DNA of 64,000 nt from Candidatus Acidiferrales bacterium. GTDB lineage: Bacteria > Acidobacteriota > Terriglobia > Acidiferrales > UBA7541. The position numbers were made by a program, and so were the translations under genes. Shown in pieces: positions 11,028-20,201 of this stretch; the first letter of the stretch is position 1; the number at the start of each line of letters is the position of its first letter. The stretch spans positions 433-64,432 of the forward strand of contig JBEKSN010000002.1 of NCBI GenBank assembly GCA_049517055.1. Direction: 5' to 3'. The notes beneath the pieces are model-generated. The model did no database searches. It was not told the origin of the DNA and saw only the letters and a list, made by a program, of their open reading frames with translations.

Positions 11028-11058
11028 GCTGCGCCGGGGAGAAAATCCCCGGCGCAGC
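11028..11058 (+). terminator. Strong hairpin after the second SYLF gene (GCTGCGCCGGGGA-gaaaa-TCCCCGGCGCAGC)
   Basis: Perfect 13-bp stem with a 5-nt loop. No canonical U-tract follows. A second long-range hairpin (GCAGGTTCAGCC / GGCTGAACCTGC) lies just upstream. Confidence 0.5.
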
Positions 11059-11166
11059 GAACTTCCCGCTGAGTCCTTTTGTGCTGGTCTGATCGTCTTG
11101 ACCTGCCATCCAAATATGACTTATAGTCGTATTCGTCTATCAGTCATTGTTAGGAGTTCCTCACAA

Positions 11167-11868
11167 ATGAAAACTTCCAGTGCGGTTCGCTCCCCTCACC
11201 GCGCCTCAGGCTTCCGGCCTTCCGATCGGCGCGAGCGCCGTCGCGTAGAAACTCGCGAACGCATCTATCGTGCCGCCCTGCGGATTTTTGCCCAACGTGG
11301 CTATCTGGAAACTACCGTCGAAGACATCACCGACGCCGCCGACGTAGGTAAGGGAACGTTCTTCAATTATTTCCCCACTAAAGAACATGTCTTGGCCACC
11401 TACGGCGAGCAGCGCGTCGCCGCGATCGAACGCGCCTTAAACAAAGCTCGCTCGACAAATCACTCCGTGTTGGCCGTTCTCAAGGAATTGGCTACCAACC
11501 TGGCCGGACAGTCTTCGCAAAGTCCCGATTTGCTTCGCTCAATTTTCGCGGCTCATTTGTCGTGTGCGCCCGTGCGGGCAGAGTTGCAAAACCGGCTTCA
11601 GCGCGGGCGGCGGCTGTTGGCGGAAATTTTTGTTCTCGGTCAGCAAAAGGGCGAGATTCGCCGCGATCGTTCTGCTGCCGATCTCGCTCGGCTAACCCAC
11701 CTCATCCTAATGGGAGTGACCATAGCTTGGGCGCTGAATCCGGATTCCCTCCTGCGAAAGTCGGCAGAGGAAGTCTGGGAGCTGTTCTTTCCAAGCCTTT
11801 CTGCCGATATTTCTATGTCAAGGAAGGGGAATGGGAAAGGCAAGCGTCACCGGAAAACAGCGCGCTGA
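11167..11868 (+). CDS. TetR/AcrR family transcriptional regulator
   Basis: The N-terminal HTH region (RIYRAALRIFAQRGYLETTVEDITDAADVGKGTFFNYF) is TetR-like. The ATG at 11167 follows an AGGAG SD, so the ORF-track start at 11098 is probably too long. Lies upstream of the efflux operon. Confidence 0.85.
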   Translation: MKTSSAVRSPHRASGFRPSDRRERRRVETRERIYRAALRIFAQRGYLETTVEDITDAADVGKGTFFNYFPTKEHVLATYGEQRVAAIERALNKARSTNHSVLAVLKELATNLAGQSSQSPDLLRSIFAAHLSCAPVRAELQNRLQRGRRLLAEIFVLGQQKGEIRRDRSAADLARLTHLILMGVTIAWALNPDSLLRKSAEEVWELFFPSLSADISMSRKGNGKGKRHRKTAR

Positions 11869-11957
11869 CTGCTTCGTTGCCGTCACATTTGACGAGGCTT
11901 GCTGAATCTCGAAGCGCTGGGTTTCATCATACATAGCATAGAACTGGAGGAGATTCC

Positions 11958-13460
11958 GTGAAACATCGATTGGCTGCCATCGCCCTCATGCTGACAATCT
12001 TCTCGCCAGCGGCCAAGAACCCCCTGTTGGCGCAGACCCCCGTCGGGCCTGTCGCCTCCCAATCCGGAAACTCAAGTTCCAGCGCGGGCAGCACTTCTTA
12101 CTCTGCTCCTTCCTCCTCATCTTCACCCGCCGCTGCGCAAGGACAAAATTCATTCACAGGTAGCGTGCCATCGAAACTTGTTCCCGGCGTTCTTCCGATT
12201 TCGCTCGAAGATGCTATCAATCGCGGCCTGAAACAGAACCTCGGCTTGTTGCTGTCGAGCCAGGACGTCGGCTCAGCTCGCGGCCAGCGCTGGCAGCAGT
12301 TGAGCTCGCTCTTGCCTAATCTTACGACCACCAGCTACGTCAATCAGTCTCAAATTGACCTTGCCGAATTTGGGTTCAGCTTCAAAATTCCTGGCGCAAG
12401 TATTCCTTCCATCGTCGGCCCTTTCACTTATTTCGACAGCCGCGCTTATGTGACGCAATCAGTTTTTGATTGGAAGGCCATCAACAACACCCACTCCGCT
12501 TCGCAGAGTGTGAAAGCCGCGCAATACACGTACAAGGACGCGCGCGACCTCGTCGTTCTCGCGGTCGGTTACAACTATCTTCAGGCCATCGCCGACGAAG
12601 CGCGCATCGAAACAGCCGAAGCTCAAGTCAATACCGGACAGGCCCTCTACAATCAGGCCTCCGATCAGCTCAAAGCCGGAACTTCCCCGGCCATCGACGA
12701 ACTGCGCGCGCACGTGGAGTTGCAGACGCGCCAGCAGCAATTGATTCAGGCCCGGAATGATCTCGCGATTCAGAAGCTGACCATCGCGCGGGTGATTGGA
12801 CTTGCGCCAGGCCAGGAGTTTGATCTGACCGATAAATCTCCATACGAACCTCTCGAAGGCATTACCGTCGAGGACGCACTGAAGCGAGCGTATGCAACGC
12901 GTTCGGATTTTCAGGCCGCACTGGCAACTGTCACTTCCGCAGAGTATTCGCGGCGTGCGGCCCACGCCGGTTATTACCCGTCGCTCTCCGTCAGCGGCGA
13001 TTACGGAATTGCCGGAACTTATTCGGATCTCTTCACCCATGGGGTATTCGACCTGCGCGCGACATTGAGTGTTCCAATCTTCCAGGGCGGCAAAGTTCAC
13101 GGGGATGTTTTGGTCGCTGATGCGCAGCTTCAGCAGAGCCGCGATCATCTCGACAACCTGCGCGGACAAATCGATGCGGACGTTCGCACCGCGCTGTTCA
13201 ACCTCGAGTCTTCGGGGCAACAAGTGGTCGTAGCTAAGAGCAATGTTGCTCTGGCAGATGAGAGCTTATTGCAATCGCGCGATCGTTTCGCCGCGGGAGT
13301 TACCAACACGGTGGAGGTTGTCCAAGCGCAAGAAGCCGTCGCCAGCGCGCACGAAAACTATATTTCCGCTCTCTACAATTATAACTACGCGAAGATCGCT
13401 TTGGCGCGGGCCATTGGTTTCGCGGAAGAAGGCGTGAAGCAGTATTTCAAAGGAAAATAA
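11958..13460 (+). CDS. TolC-family outer membrane efflux protein
   Basis: 500 aa. GTG start after a GGAGGAG SD, a signal peptide, and duplicated OEP-type coiled-coil repeats. Confidence 0.85.
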   Translation: MKHRLAAIALMLTIFSPAAKNPLLAQTPVGPVASQSGNSSSSAGSTSYSAPSSSSSPAAAQGQNSFTGSVPSKLVPGVLPISLEDAINRGLKQNLGLLLSSQDVGSARGQRWQQLSSLLPNLTTTSYVNQSQIDLAEFGFSFKIPGASIPSIVGPFTYFDSRAYVTQSVFDWKAINNTHSASQSVKAAQYTYKDARDLVVLAVGYNYLQAIADEARIETAEAQVNTGQALYNQASDQLKAGTSPAIDELRAHVELQTRQQQLIQARNDLAIQKLTIARVIGLAPGQEFDLTDKSPYEPLEGITVEDALKRAYATRSDFQAALATVTSAEYSRRAAHAGYYPSLSVSGDYGIAGTYSDLFTHGVFDLRATLSVPIFQGGKVHGDVLVADAQLQQSRDHLDNLRGQIDADVRTALFNLESSGQQVVVAKSNVALADESLLQSRDRFAAGVTNTVEVVQAQEAVASAHENYISALYNYNYAKIALARAIGFAEEGVKQYFKGK

Positions 13461-14759
13461 ATGGCACAGAGAACAGACGTGGAACCACCTAAAACTCCGC
13501 CGGACCAGAGCGTCGAAAAACCTGCTGCAGCCGCCGCAGCTGCCCCGGAAACTCATTCGGCATCAGAACCTCCACCGTCTCGTGCGGGAAGATTCATTCA
13601 ATCGAATCCTAACGCTCGTTTTTTTCTGGTTGCAGCGATCCTTCTGGTGCTGATCGGTGGATTCTTCGCTTGGCGATATTTTCAAAGCTATGAATCCACC
13701 GACGATGCGGAAGTGGACGGCCATCTAATGCCGCTCAGCGCGCGAGTTTCGGGCTACGTCACAAAAGTGAACGTAGACGACAACCAGTACGTCACCGCGG
13801 GCACTGTACTTGTTGAAATCGATCCCCGCGATTATCAAGTCGCCGTGGACCAAGCCAGGGCCGCAGTGGAAGACGCGCGCGCCACCGCCCAGGCCTCTAA
13901 CCTGAACGTCCCCATTACAAACGTAAACACCGCCAGCCAACTTTCCTCCTCGGAAGCGGATATTGAAAACGCAAAAGCGGGGATCGCCGCCGCTCAGCAG
14001 CAGTACGACGCCGCTCAAGCCCAGCTTGTCGAAGCTCAAGCCAATGACACAAAGGCCCAGTTAGACGTTGGCCGTTACAAACAACTTGTTGATAAACAGG
14101 AAATTTCCCAGCAGCAGTACGATCAGGCGGAAGCCGCTTCGAAGGCGAACTCGGCCGGCGTCGTGGCTGCACGCTCCTCCGCAGCAGCAGCAGCACAGCA
14201 AGTAACCCAGGCGCGCAGCAAGCTCGTCACCGCCGAAGCCGGTCTGCGCGCATCGCAAACTGCGCCGCGGCAGGTCGCTACCTCCGAAGCTCGCGCTCTT
14301 TCTGCTGACGCCACCGTAAAGCAAAAACAAGCGCTCCTCGATCAGGCTGAATTGAATCTCCAGTACACCAAGATCGTTGCGCCGGTGAATGGCGTGATTA
14401 CGAAAAACGTCGAAGTCGGCATGAACGTCCAGCCCGGACAACAACTGTTCTCTATAGTTCCGCTGGAGGACGTTTGGGTTACCGCGGACTTCAAAGAAAC
14501 TCAATTAAAAGGCATGCGGGTGGGACAATCCGCCAAAATAAAAGTGGATTCCAATGGACGTACCTACAACGGACATGTGGATAGCTTTGCTAACTCCAGC
14601 GGCGCCCGCCTAAGCCTTCTGCCGCCGGAAAACGCCACCGGTAACTATGTCAAGGTAGTGCAGCGCATCCCGGTAAAGATTGTCCTCGAACCCGGGCAGA
14701 ACAAGGACCTTTCGCTGCGGCTGGGGATGTCGGTGGAAGCCAAAGTTTACGTGAAGTAA
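13461..14759 (+). CDS. emrA: HlyD/EmrA-family membrane fusion protein
   Basis: 432 aa. One N-terminal TM helix, a long Ala/Gln coiled coil, and barrel-sandwich motifs (VNVDDNQYVTAGTVLVEID, IVAPVNGVIT). Confidence 0.85.
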   Translation: MAQRTDVEPPKTPPDQSVEKPAAAAAAAPETHSASEPPPSRAGRFIQSNPNARFFLVAAILLVLIGGFFAWRYFQSYESTDDAEVDGHLMPLSARVSGYVTKVNVDDNQYVTAGTVLVEIDPRDYQVAVDQARAAVEDARATAQASNLNVPITNVNTASQLSSSEADIENAKAGIAAAQQQYDAAQAQLVEAQANDTKAQLDVGRYKQLVDKQEISQQQYDQAEAASKANSAGVVAARSSAAAAAQQVTQARSKLVTAEAGLRASQTAPRQVATSEARALSADATVKQKQALLDQAELNLQYTKIVAPVNGVITKNVEVGMNVQPGQQLFSIVPLEDVWVTADFKETQLKGMRVGQSAKIKVDSNGRTYNGHVDSFANSSGARLSLLPPENATGNYVKVVQRIPVKIVLEPGQNKDLSLRLGMSVEAKVYVK

Positions 14760-14772
14760 CTCCGGCGCTCTT

Positions 14773-16341
14773 ATGCCATCGGACGCCTACCAACGGCCGC
14801 CTGTAAACCCCTGGGTCATCGCACTCACGGTAACGCTCGCTACATTCATGGAAGTGCTCGACACCAGTGTCGCAAATGTCGCGCTCCCTCACATTGCAGG
14901 CAGTCTTTCCGCCGGCCAGGACGAAAGCACCTGGATACTCACGTCCTACTTGGTTTCCAATGCGATCGTTCTGCCCATGAGTGGCTGGTTTTCACAAATG
15001 ATCGGCCGCAAGCGTTTTTATATGTCCTGCGTGGCGATTTTCACCATCAGCTCATTTCTGTGCGGACTGGCTCCCAGCCTCGGCATGCTGATCTTTTTTC
15101 GCGTACTCCAGGGAGCAGGCGGCGGAGGCTTGCAGCCCAGTGAACAGGCAATTCTCGCTGACACCTTTTCTCCGGCCAAACGCGGAATGGCATTCGCGGT
15201 CTACGGCATGGCTGTCGTACTTGCTCCGGCTATCGGCCCCACGCTCGGCGGATGGATCACCGACAACTTCGATTGGCGCTGGATTTTCTTCATCAACATC
15301 CCGGTCGGCATTATTTCCCTCCTTCTCACCAACCGGTTAATTTCCGATCCTCCCTACATGAAGGAGCAAAAGCGCACGGGCTTTAAAATCGACTACATCG
15401 GATTGGGATTACTGGCCCTTGGCCTCGGAACCCTGCAGGTCGTGCTCGACAAAGGCCAGCGTGACGATTGGTTCAGCTCGCACTTAATCGTCATTATGAC
15501 CACCATCAGCGCGACTGCCTTGATAGCAGTTGTGATCTGGGAGTGGTTTCACAAAGATCCCATCATCGACCTGCATCTGTTCAAAGATCGCTCTTTTGCC
15601 GTCGGAAATATGTTGATGTTCATGGTGGGATTCGCATTGATGTCCAGCACCGTTTTGCTGCCGCTCTTCATGCAAACTGTTATGGGCTACACCGCGGAAC
15701 AAGCCGGGCTCGCGTTGATGCCCGGAGGATTGGCCATTCTGGTGGCCATGCCCGTCGTGGGCTTTCTTCTTGGGCGATATGATGCGCGGAGACTTCTGCT
15801 CTTCGGAATGGCTATGCTTTCGTTTGCACTGTTCCATATGACTCGATTCGATACCGCTATCGATTTTCGCACTGTGGCTACGGCGCGTGTATTCCAGGCT
15901 ATCGGCCTCGCATTTCTCTTCGTTCCCATCAACACCGCGGCGTACGCATTTATTCCCAAAAACAAATCGAACGCGGCTTCCGGCTTGATCAATCTCGCGC
16001 GGAACATCGGCGGCAGCATAGGAATTTCACTCGTCACCACAATGCTCGCGCGCCGTACACAGTTCCATCAGGCCAACCTGAACAACGACATACACGCGGG
16101 AAGTCCACAACTCCAGGCCATGATTGCTGAGACTACGCGCGCGCTTATAGCCAAAGGATCGTCCGCCTATCAAGCTTCGCACCAGGCCTACGCCATCGTG
16201 GCAAACATGCTCGATCGACAAGCCACCATGCTGGCATACATAGACAACTTCTGGCTCCTCGGCGTATCCGTGCTCGTTATGCTCCCCTTTGTCTTCCTGA
16301 TGAAGAAAGTGAAGCCTGGCGGCCCAATAGCTGTACACTGA
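14773..16341 (+). CDS. emrB: DHA2-family MFS drug efflux transporter (EmrB/QacA type, 14 TM)
   Basis: 522 aa with the motif LDTSVANVALPHI and a 14-TM MFS layout. Forms an operon with the TolC and EmrA genes. Confidence 0.9.
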   Translation: MPSDAYQRPPVNPWVIALTVTLATFMEVLDTSVANVALPHIAGSLSAGQDESTWILTSYLVSNAIVLPMSGWFSQMIGRKRFYMSCVAIFTISSFLCGLAPSLGMLIFFRVLQGAGGGGLQPSEQAILADTFSPAKRGMAFAVYGMAVVLAPAIGPTLGGWITDNFDWRWIFFINIPVGIISLLLTNRLISDPPYMKEQKRTGFKIDYIGLGLLALGLGTLQVVLDKGQRDDWFSSHLIVIMTTISATALIAVVIWEWFHKDPIIDLHLFKDRSFAVGNMLMFMVGFALMSSTVLLPLFMQTVMGYTAEQAGLALMPGGLAILVAMPVVGFLLGRYDARRLLLFGMAMLSFALFHMTRFDTAIDFRTVATARVFQAIGLAFLFVPINTAAYAFIPKNKSNAASGLINLARNIGGSIGISLVTTMLARRTQFHQANLNNDIHAGSPQLQAMIAETTRALIAKGSSAYQASHQAYAIVANMLDRQATMLAYIDNFWLLGVSVLVMLPFVFLMKKVKPGGPIAVH

Positions 16342-16359
16342 TGCTCCGGGAGGAACGCT

Positions 16360-17010
16360 ATGCAGGTCCGGACCATCACCGTCGAGCGCGAATACGGCAG
16401 TGGTGGTGCGCTTATTGCCCGCCGGCTGGCCGAAGAACTAGGCTGGAAACTTTGGGACGAGGAACTCACTGCGGAAATTGCGCGCATCGCCAAGGTCGAC
16501 CCTAAGGCGGCAAGGCAATGCGACGAACGCGTGGACCCTTTGGTTTATCGCCTGTTCAAAGTTTTCGCTCGAGGAAGCTATGAAAGGGCGCTCCCCCTGG
16601 AGGGAACTGCTTCCAGCTTTGACACGGATCAGATGGTCGAGGTGCTGCGCAAAGTGGTGGAGGATGTTGCTTCCCGCGGAAATTGCGTCATCGTAGGGCG
16701 CGGCGCGCCTTACATTTTACGAGACCATCCGGACGCCTTCCACGTCTTCGTCTACGCCTCGCGAGAGGAAAAAATACTCCGCATAAAATCGATCGGGAAA
16801 ACCGAAAAGGAAGCCGCCCAACTGGTCTCCGAGATCGACGCGGAGCGTGCCTCCTTCATACGCCACTACTTCGGCTCCGAGTGGCCCTGCCGGGCGCTCT
16901 ACAACGTAATGATTAACTCGAAATTTGGAGATGAGTACGTCGTCGGAATGATTCTTCAACACATCGCCGCGGTTGAGAGGCTGCACGTTCCTCAGAGCGC
17001 CAATGCATAG
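16360..17010 (+). CDS. Cytidylate kinase-like family protein (P-loop NTPase-like)
   Basis: 216 aa. The N-terminal ITVEREYGSGGALIARRLAEELGW is typical of the cytidylate-kinase-like family. Confidence 0.65.
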   Translation: MQVRTITVEREYGSGGALIARRLAEELGWKLWDEELTAEIARIAKVDPKAARQCDERVDPLVYRLFKVFARGSYERALPLEGTASSFDTDQMVEVLRKVVEDVASRGNCVIVGRGAPYILRDHPDAFHVFVYASREEKILRIKSIGKTEKEAAQLVSEIDAERASFIRHYFGSEWPCRALYNVMINSKFGDEYVVGMILQHIAAVERLHVPQSANA

Positions 17011-17038
17011 CCCTTCTTTCCGTTCTCGTTAGGACAAT

Positions 17039-17647
17039 CTACCTCGCTTCGCCTGGCTTGAAGTTAGGGTTCTGAATGATGCCCAGAACATTGCCAAACG
17101 GATCCCGCACCGCGCCTATCAGAATTCCTCCGCCCACATCCTGGATCTCTTCAAGCGGCGACGCTCCCATATCCACTAGACGTTTGTAAGCAGCGGGAGC
17201 GTCTTCCACCCCTCAGTAGGCTACGCCCGCGCGAGAGCGCTTCGCAGCCGAATCCTTCTCTGGCAGAAGTCCCAGCTCATATCCGCCTACGTTGAAGCCA
17301 ACGTAGAAAGGCTGATCGAAATAGGGCTGTTCGCCCAGCACTTTGCTGTACCAGGCTTTCGCTTTCGCAATATCCGGCGCGTCATATACAGCGGTTCGCA
17401 AACCTAAGAACATGGGCTGCTCCTTCGCATCGCCTCTTACAGACTTTGCCGCCGACACATCCACCCGGCCGGCCAAAAACGCGCATAAACATATCACGGA
17501 GACAAGCATCGTGAACGCGGACACGTGTTTCAGCTTCACGCCCCGCACATGTTTTGTCTCCGCAGGCAAATCAGCAACTTGCAGTTCCATCTGCCGCGCG
17601 ATTCTCCCGCGGCGACCCGCCCGTTTCCTTGGTTTCGCTCGAGGCAT
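17039..17647 (-). pseudogene. VOC/glyoxalase-family gene interrupted by an in-frame TGA (17213..17215)
   Basis: The ORF ending in ...AGVAY stops at a TGA. The same frame then continues for 57 codons (GVEDAPAAYKRLVDMGASPLEEIQDVGGGILIGAVRDPFGNVLGIIQNPNFKPGEAR) to a TAG at 17039..17041. This stretch is the C-terminal half of a VOC domain. The start is uncertain: ATG 17647 forms a TAATG overlap with the upstream stop, and ATG 17590 is an alternative. Confidence 0.7.
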
Positions 17648-18813
17648 TACGCTCCTCCTCCTTGCCAAACGAGTTGCATCTGCGGTGACTTCCAAGCCCG
17701 GGACTCGTCCGCGCGCGTCCGCAGACCAAGTTCATACTTGCGCCGCAGTTTCTCCACGCGAGCGCTAATCTCCTTGCGATACGCCTCGGGCATGGTCCCA
17801 TACCGCCCGTACCACGCGCGATATTGTTGCGAGAGTTTCGGAAACTTCTTATCCAGAAATGGCATGAATTGCTTCAACGATGCCGGCATAAGGAAAAGTA
17901 CTCTTCCCGCAAGCCATTGCGCCCCCGCATCTCGCGCACCACGCGCCAGCGTATCCAGATCCTCTTCACTGTCCGTTATCCCCGGCAGGATTGGCATCGC
18001 CAACACGCCCGCTGAGATTCCCGCCTCGCGCAACTTGCGAACCGCATCCAGCCGCAGATCCGGCCTCGGAGCACGAGGCTCAAGAAGCCGCGCCAGGCGC
18101 ACACGCAATGTGGTAATGCTCAGATTCACCGTGATGGATGATCGTTCCGCGATGCGCCGCAGCAAATCGATGTCGCGAACCACTTGATCTGACTTAGTCG
18201 TGATCGAAAGCCTCAGCCCTTCGCGCAGCGCCATCTTTTCAAGAATCGCGCGCGTTGCTCCGAACTCCCGTTCGGCTGGCTGGTAAGGATCGGTCGCGGT
18301 TCCAATTGCAATATGTTCTCCCCAGATTTTCTCCGAGGAGAGATCGCGATCCACCAGCGCGCCGGCATCCTTTTTGACGTAAATTTTCGACTCGAATTCG
18401 CCGCCATCAATGTCCATGTATTCGTGCGTATAGCGCGCGTAGCAATACTTACAGCCGAATTCGCAGCCGCGATAGGGATTCACCGTCCACCGAAACGGCA
18501 CTCTCTCCGAATCGCAGTAGTTTAGGATTGACCGTACAGGCAGGAGAAAATACTCGGTCCCGCGCTTGGCTTCAGCGCGGAGAGAGGAAGCGGCGAGGCG
18601 TGCAATGCCGACCAGTTCCGTAGCGGGCTTCGTTCGGAGCGGTGATCCCGACTCTGTCGGAACCGGCTCCGGGGGCGCGGAAGCGTCACTCGGTTGCTCA
18701 CAGGTGCCGTGGCGAGCGGCTGTGGGGAAAAGGGTGAGACTGGTCTGCTCCGGGCCTTCCCGCCGACGCCGTAGCGTCGCTGGGGCTGTCCGGAGTATGG
18801 GAGAAGTGGCCAT
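17647..18813 (-). CDS. Radical SAM protein (SplB / PA0069-like family)
   Basis: 388 aa. CxxxCxxC cluster motif in NPYRGCEFGCKYCYARY. About 90 aa of low-complexity sequence form an N-terminal extension. Confidence 0.8.
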   Translation of the reverse strand: MATSPILRTAPATLRRRREGPEQTSLTLFPTAARHGTCEQPSDASAPPEPVPTESGSPLRTKPATELVGIARLAASSLRAEAKRGTEYFLLPVRSILNYCDSERVPFRWTVNPYRGCEFGCKYCYARYTHEYMDIDGGEFESKIYVKKDAGALVDRDLSSEKIWGEHIAIGTATDPYQPAEREFGATRAILEKMALREGLRLSITTKSDQVVRDIDLLRRIAERSSITVNLSITTLRVRLARLLEPRAPRPDLRLDAVRKLREAGISAGVLAMPILPGITDSEEDLDTLARGARDAGAQWLAGRVLFLMPASLKQFMPFLDKKFPKLSQQYRAWYGRYGTMPEAYRKEISARVEKLRRKYELGLRTRADESRAWKSPQMQLVWQGGGA

Positions 18814-18993
18814 TGGAGCCTCGCCGTCACGTGTTGCATCTTATTCGCCTTTTGTTCGCTATGTCAAGAACTTTTCTTCGCTTTGTTTTCGCCTGTTCCC
18901 GGAGCCAAGGCCGCCTTGGAAACCCTGCACTTGACCGAAACTCCGCGCAAACTTCTCCCCGCTATACTGAAGTTGCATTCCTCTGGAGACCCA

Positions 18994-19626
18994 GTGCCCG
19001 AAGTCGGAATCCTGATCATAGACGACGATATCGGCAGCCAGCGCGCGCTTAAAAACGTCCTCGATTCCGAAGGCTGGCGTGTCCGGCTGGCCCCTCTCGC
19101 TTCGGAGGCAATGTCCGAGCTAGCCAGCGGTCAGTGGAACCTCGTAATCGTCAACATCGCGCTTACCGACGTTCGTGGCCAGCTTTTCTCTATACTCAAG
19201 GAACTCGCCCAGACGGAGTCTTATCCGGCGCCGCAAGTCGAAAATGAGGCTCCGCCGAAACGCATACGCGTGCTATTTCTCGTTCCCGTGCTCGCCGCGA
19301 AACACGCGCAGCCCATCCTTGAGCAGGAAGGCCTTCCTTACTCGCTCAAGCCGTATCATCTCCACGATTTTCTCGAGAAAGTAAGCGAACTTCTGGTCGA
19401 GTCCGGCGCCCTCGCAGAACCCATCCGCAGCATGGGAGATTTTTCCGCTCTCAAAAAGCGGCAGCGCAAGATCCTCAATTCGCGCGACAGCCGCCGGGGC
19501 ACCATGTTCGCTTCGCGCGAGGATTATCAAATGTCAGAGGAAGAATTGCTCGAGTTCGAGAAACAGGAAGAAGAACAGCGCAAGAAGCGCGAGAAAGAAT
19601 TGCACGACCGCCAGCACCTCGGATAG
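18994..19626 (+). CDS. Receiver-like (pseudo-receiver) domain protein with a charged C-terminal tail
   Basis: The GTG at 18994 follows a GGAGA SD. The N-terminus GILIIDDDIGSQRAL is CheY-like, but the phospho-acceptor position reads LVIVNIAL (Asn). The C-terminus is EEQRKKREKE-rich. Confidence 0.6.
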   Translation: MPEVGILIIDDDIGSQRALKNVLDSEGWRVRLAPLASEAMSELASGQWNLVIVNIALTDVRGQLFSILKELAQTESYPAPQVENEAPPKRIRVLFLVPVLAAKHAQPILEQEGLPYSLKPYHLHDFLEKVSELLVESGALAEPIRSMGDFSALKKRQRKILNSRDSRRGTMFASREDYQMSEEELLEFEKQEEEQRKKREKELHDRQHLG

Positions 19627-19651
19627 CTTTCGGCGCACCCACAGAATATTG

Positions 19652-20149
19652 TTACTCCGTCGATTTATTCTGAAATAGACGAACCTCGCTCCGGTCCGGT
19701 GTCTCCTCCAAAAGTTCCGCAATCGTCTTCTTAAAAACAGGATGCCGCGCGTTGGGAGCAATCTCGGCAAACGGTATCAGCACGAATCGCCTTTCCGCCA
19801 TGCGCGCATGCGGAATCTCGAGTTGTCCTGAATTCACCACGCGATCCTCATAGAATAAAATATCCATGTCGATGAAGCGCGGCCCCCGCGGCACGCGCCT
19901 TCGCCGTCCCAGTTCACGCTCGATATCCAGCAATGTGTGCATCAATTGCTGTGGCAGAAGATTTGTTTGCGCTTCTATTACGCAATTTAAGAACCAGCTT
20001 TTCGAAGTTGTTTCCACCGGCTCGGTTTCGTACAGGGACGACTTCCGTGTGACGCTCACCCCGTGCGCACCGAGGGCCTCCATCGCCCGCGCAATATATT
20101 GCGAGCGGTCTCCCTTATTCGAACCCAGCGATAAATAGATTGTCGCCAT
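19652..20149 (-). CDS. folK: 2-amino-4-hydroxy-6-hydroxymethyldihydropteridine diphosphokinase
   Basis: 165 aa. HPPK motifs LGSNKGDR, PRFIDMDIL and IPHARMAERRFVL. Confidence 0.9.
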   Translation of the reverse strand: MATIYLSLGSNKGDRSQYIARAMEALGAHGVSVTRKSSLYETEPVETTSKSWFLNCVIEAQTNLLPQQLMHTLLDIERELGRRRRVPRGPRFIDMDILFYEDRVVNSGQLEIPHARMAERRFVLIPFAEIAPNARHPVFKKTIAELLEETPDRSEVRLFQNKSTE

Positions 20150-20201
20150 AGGCGCAGGAAAATCATGATAACCGGGAACAGTCGTATCGCGGAATTAGTC
20201 G

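Noticed and set aside
17160-17215. Selenocysteine decoding of the in-frame TGA in the VOC gene
   Set aside because: The interrupted position is expected to be aromatic rather than Cys. VOC proteins are not known selenoproteins, and no sel genes are in the window. The hairpin is kept as an observation under findings, but Sec is not called.
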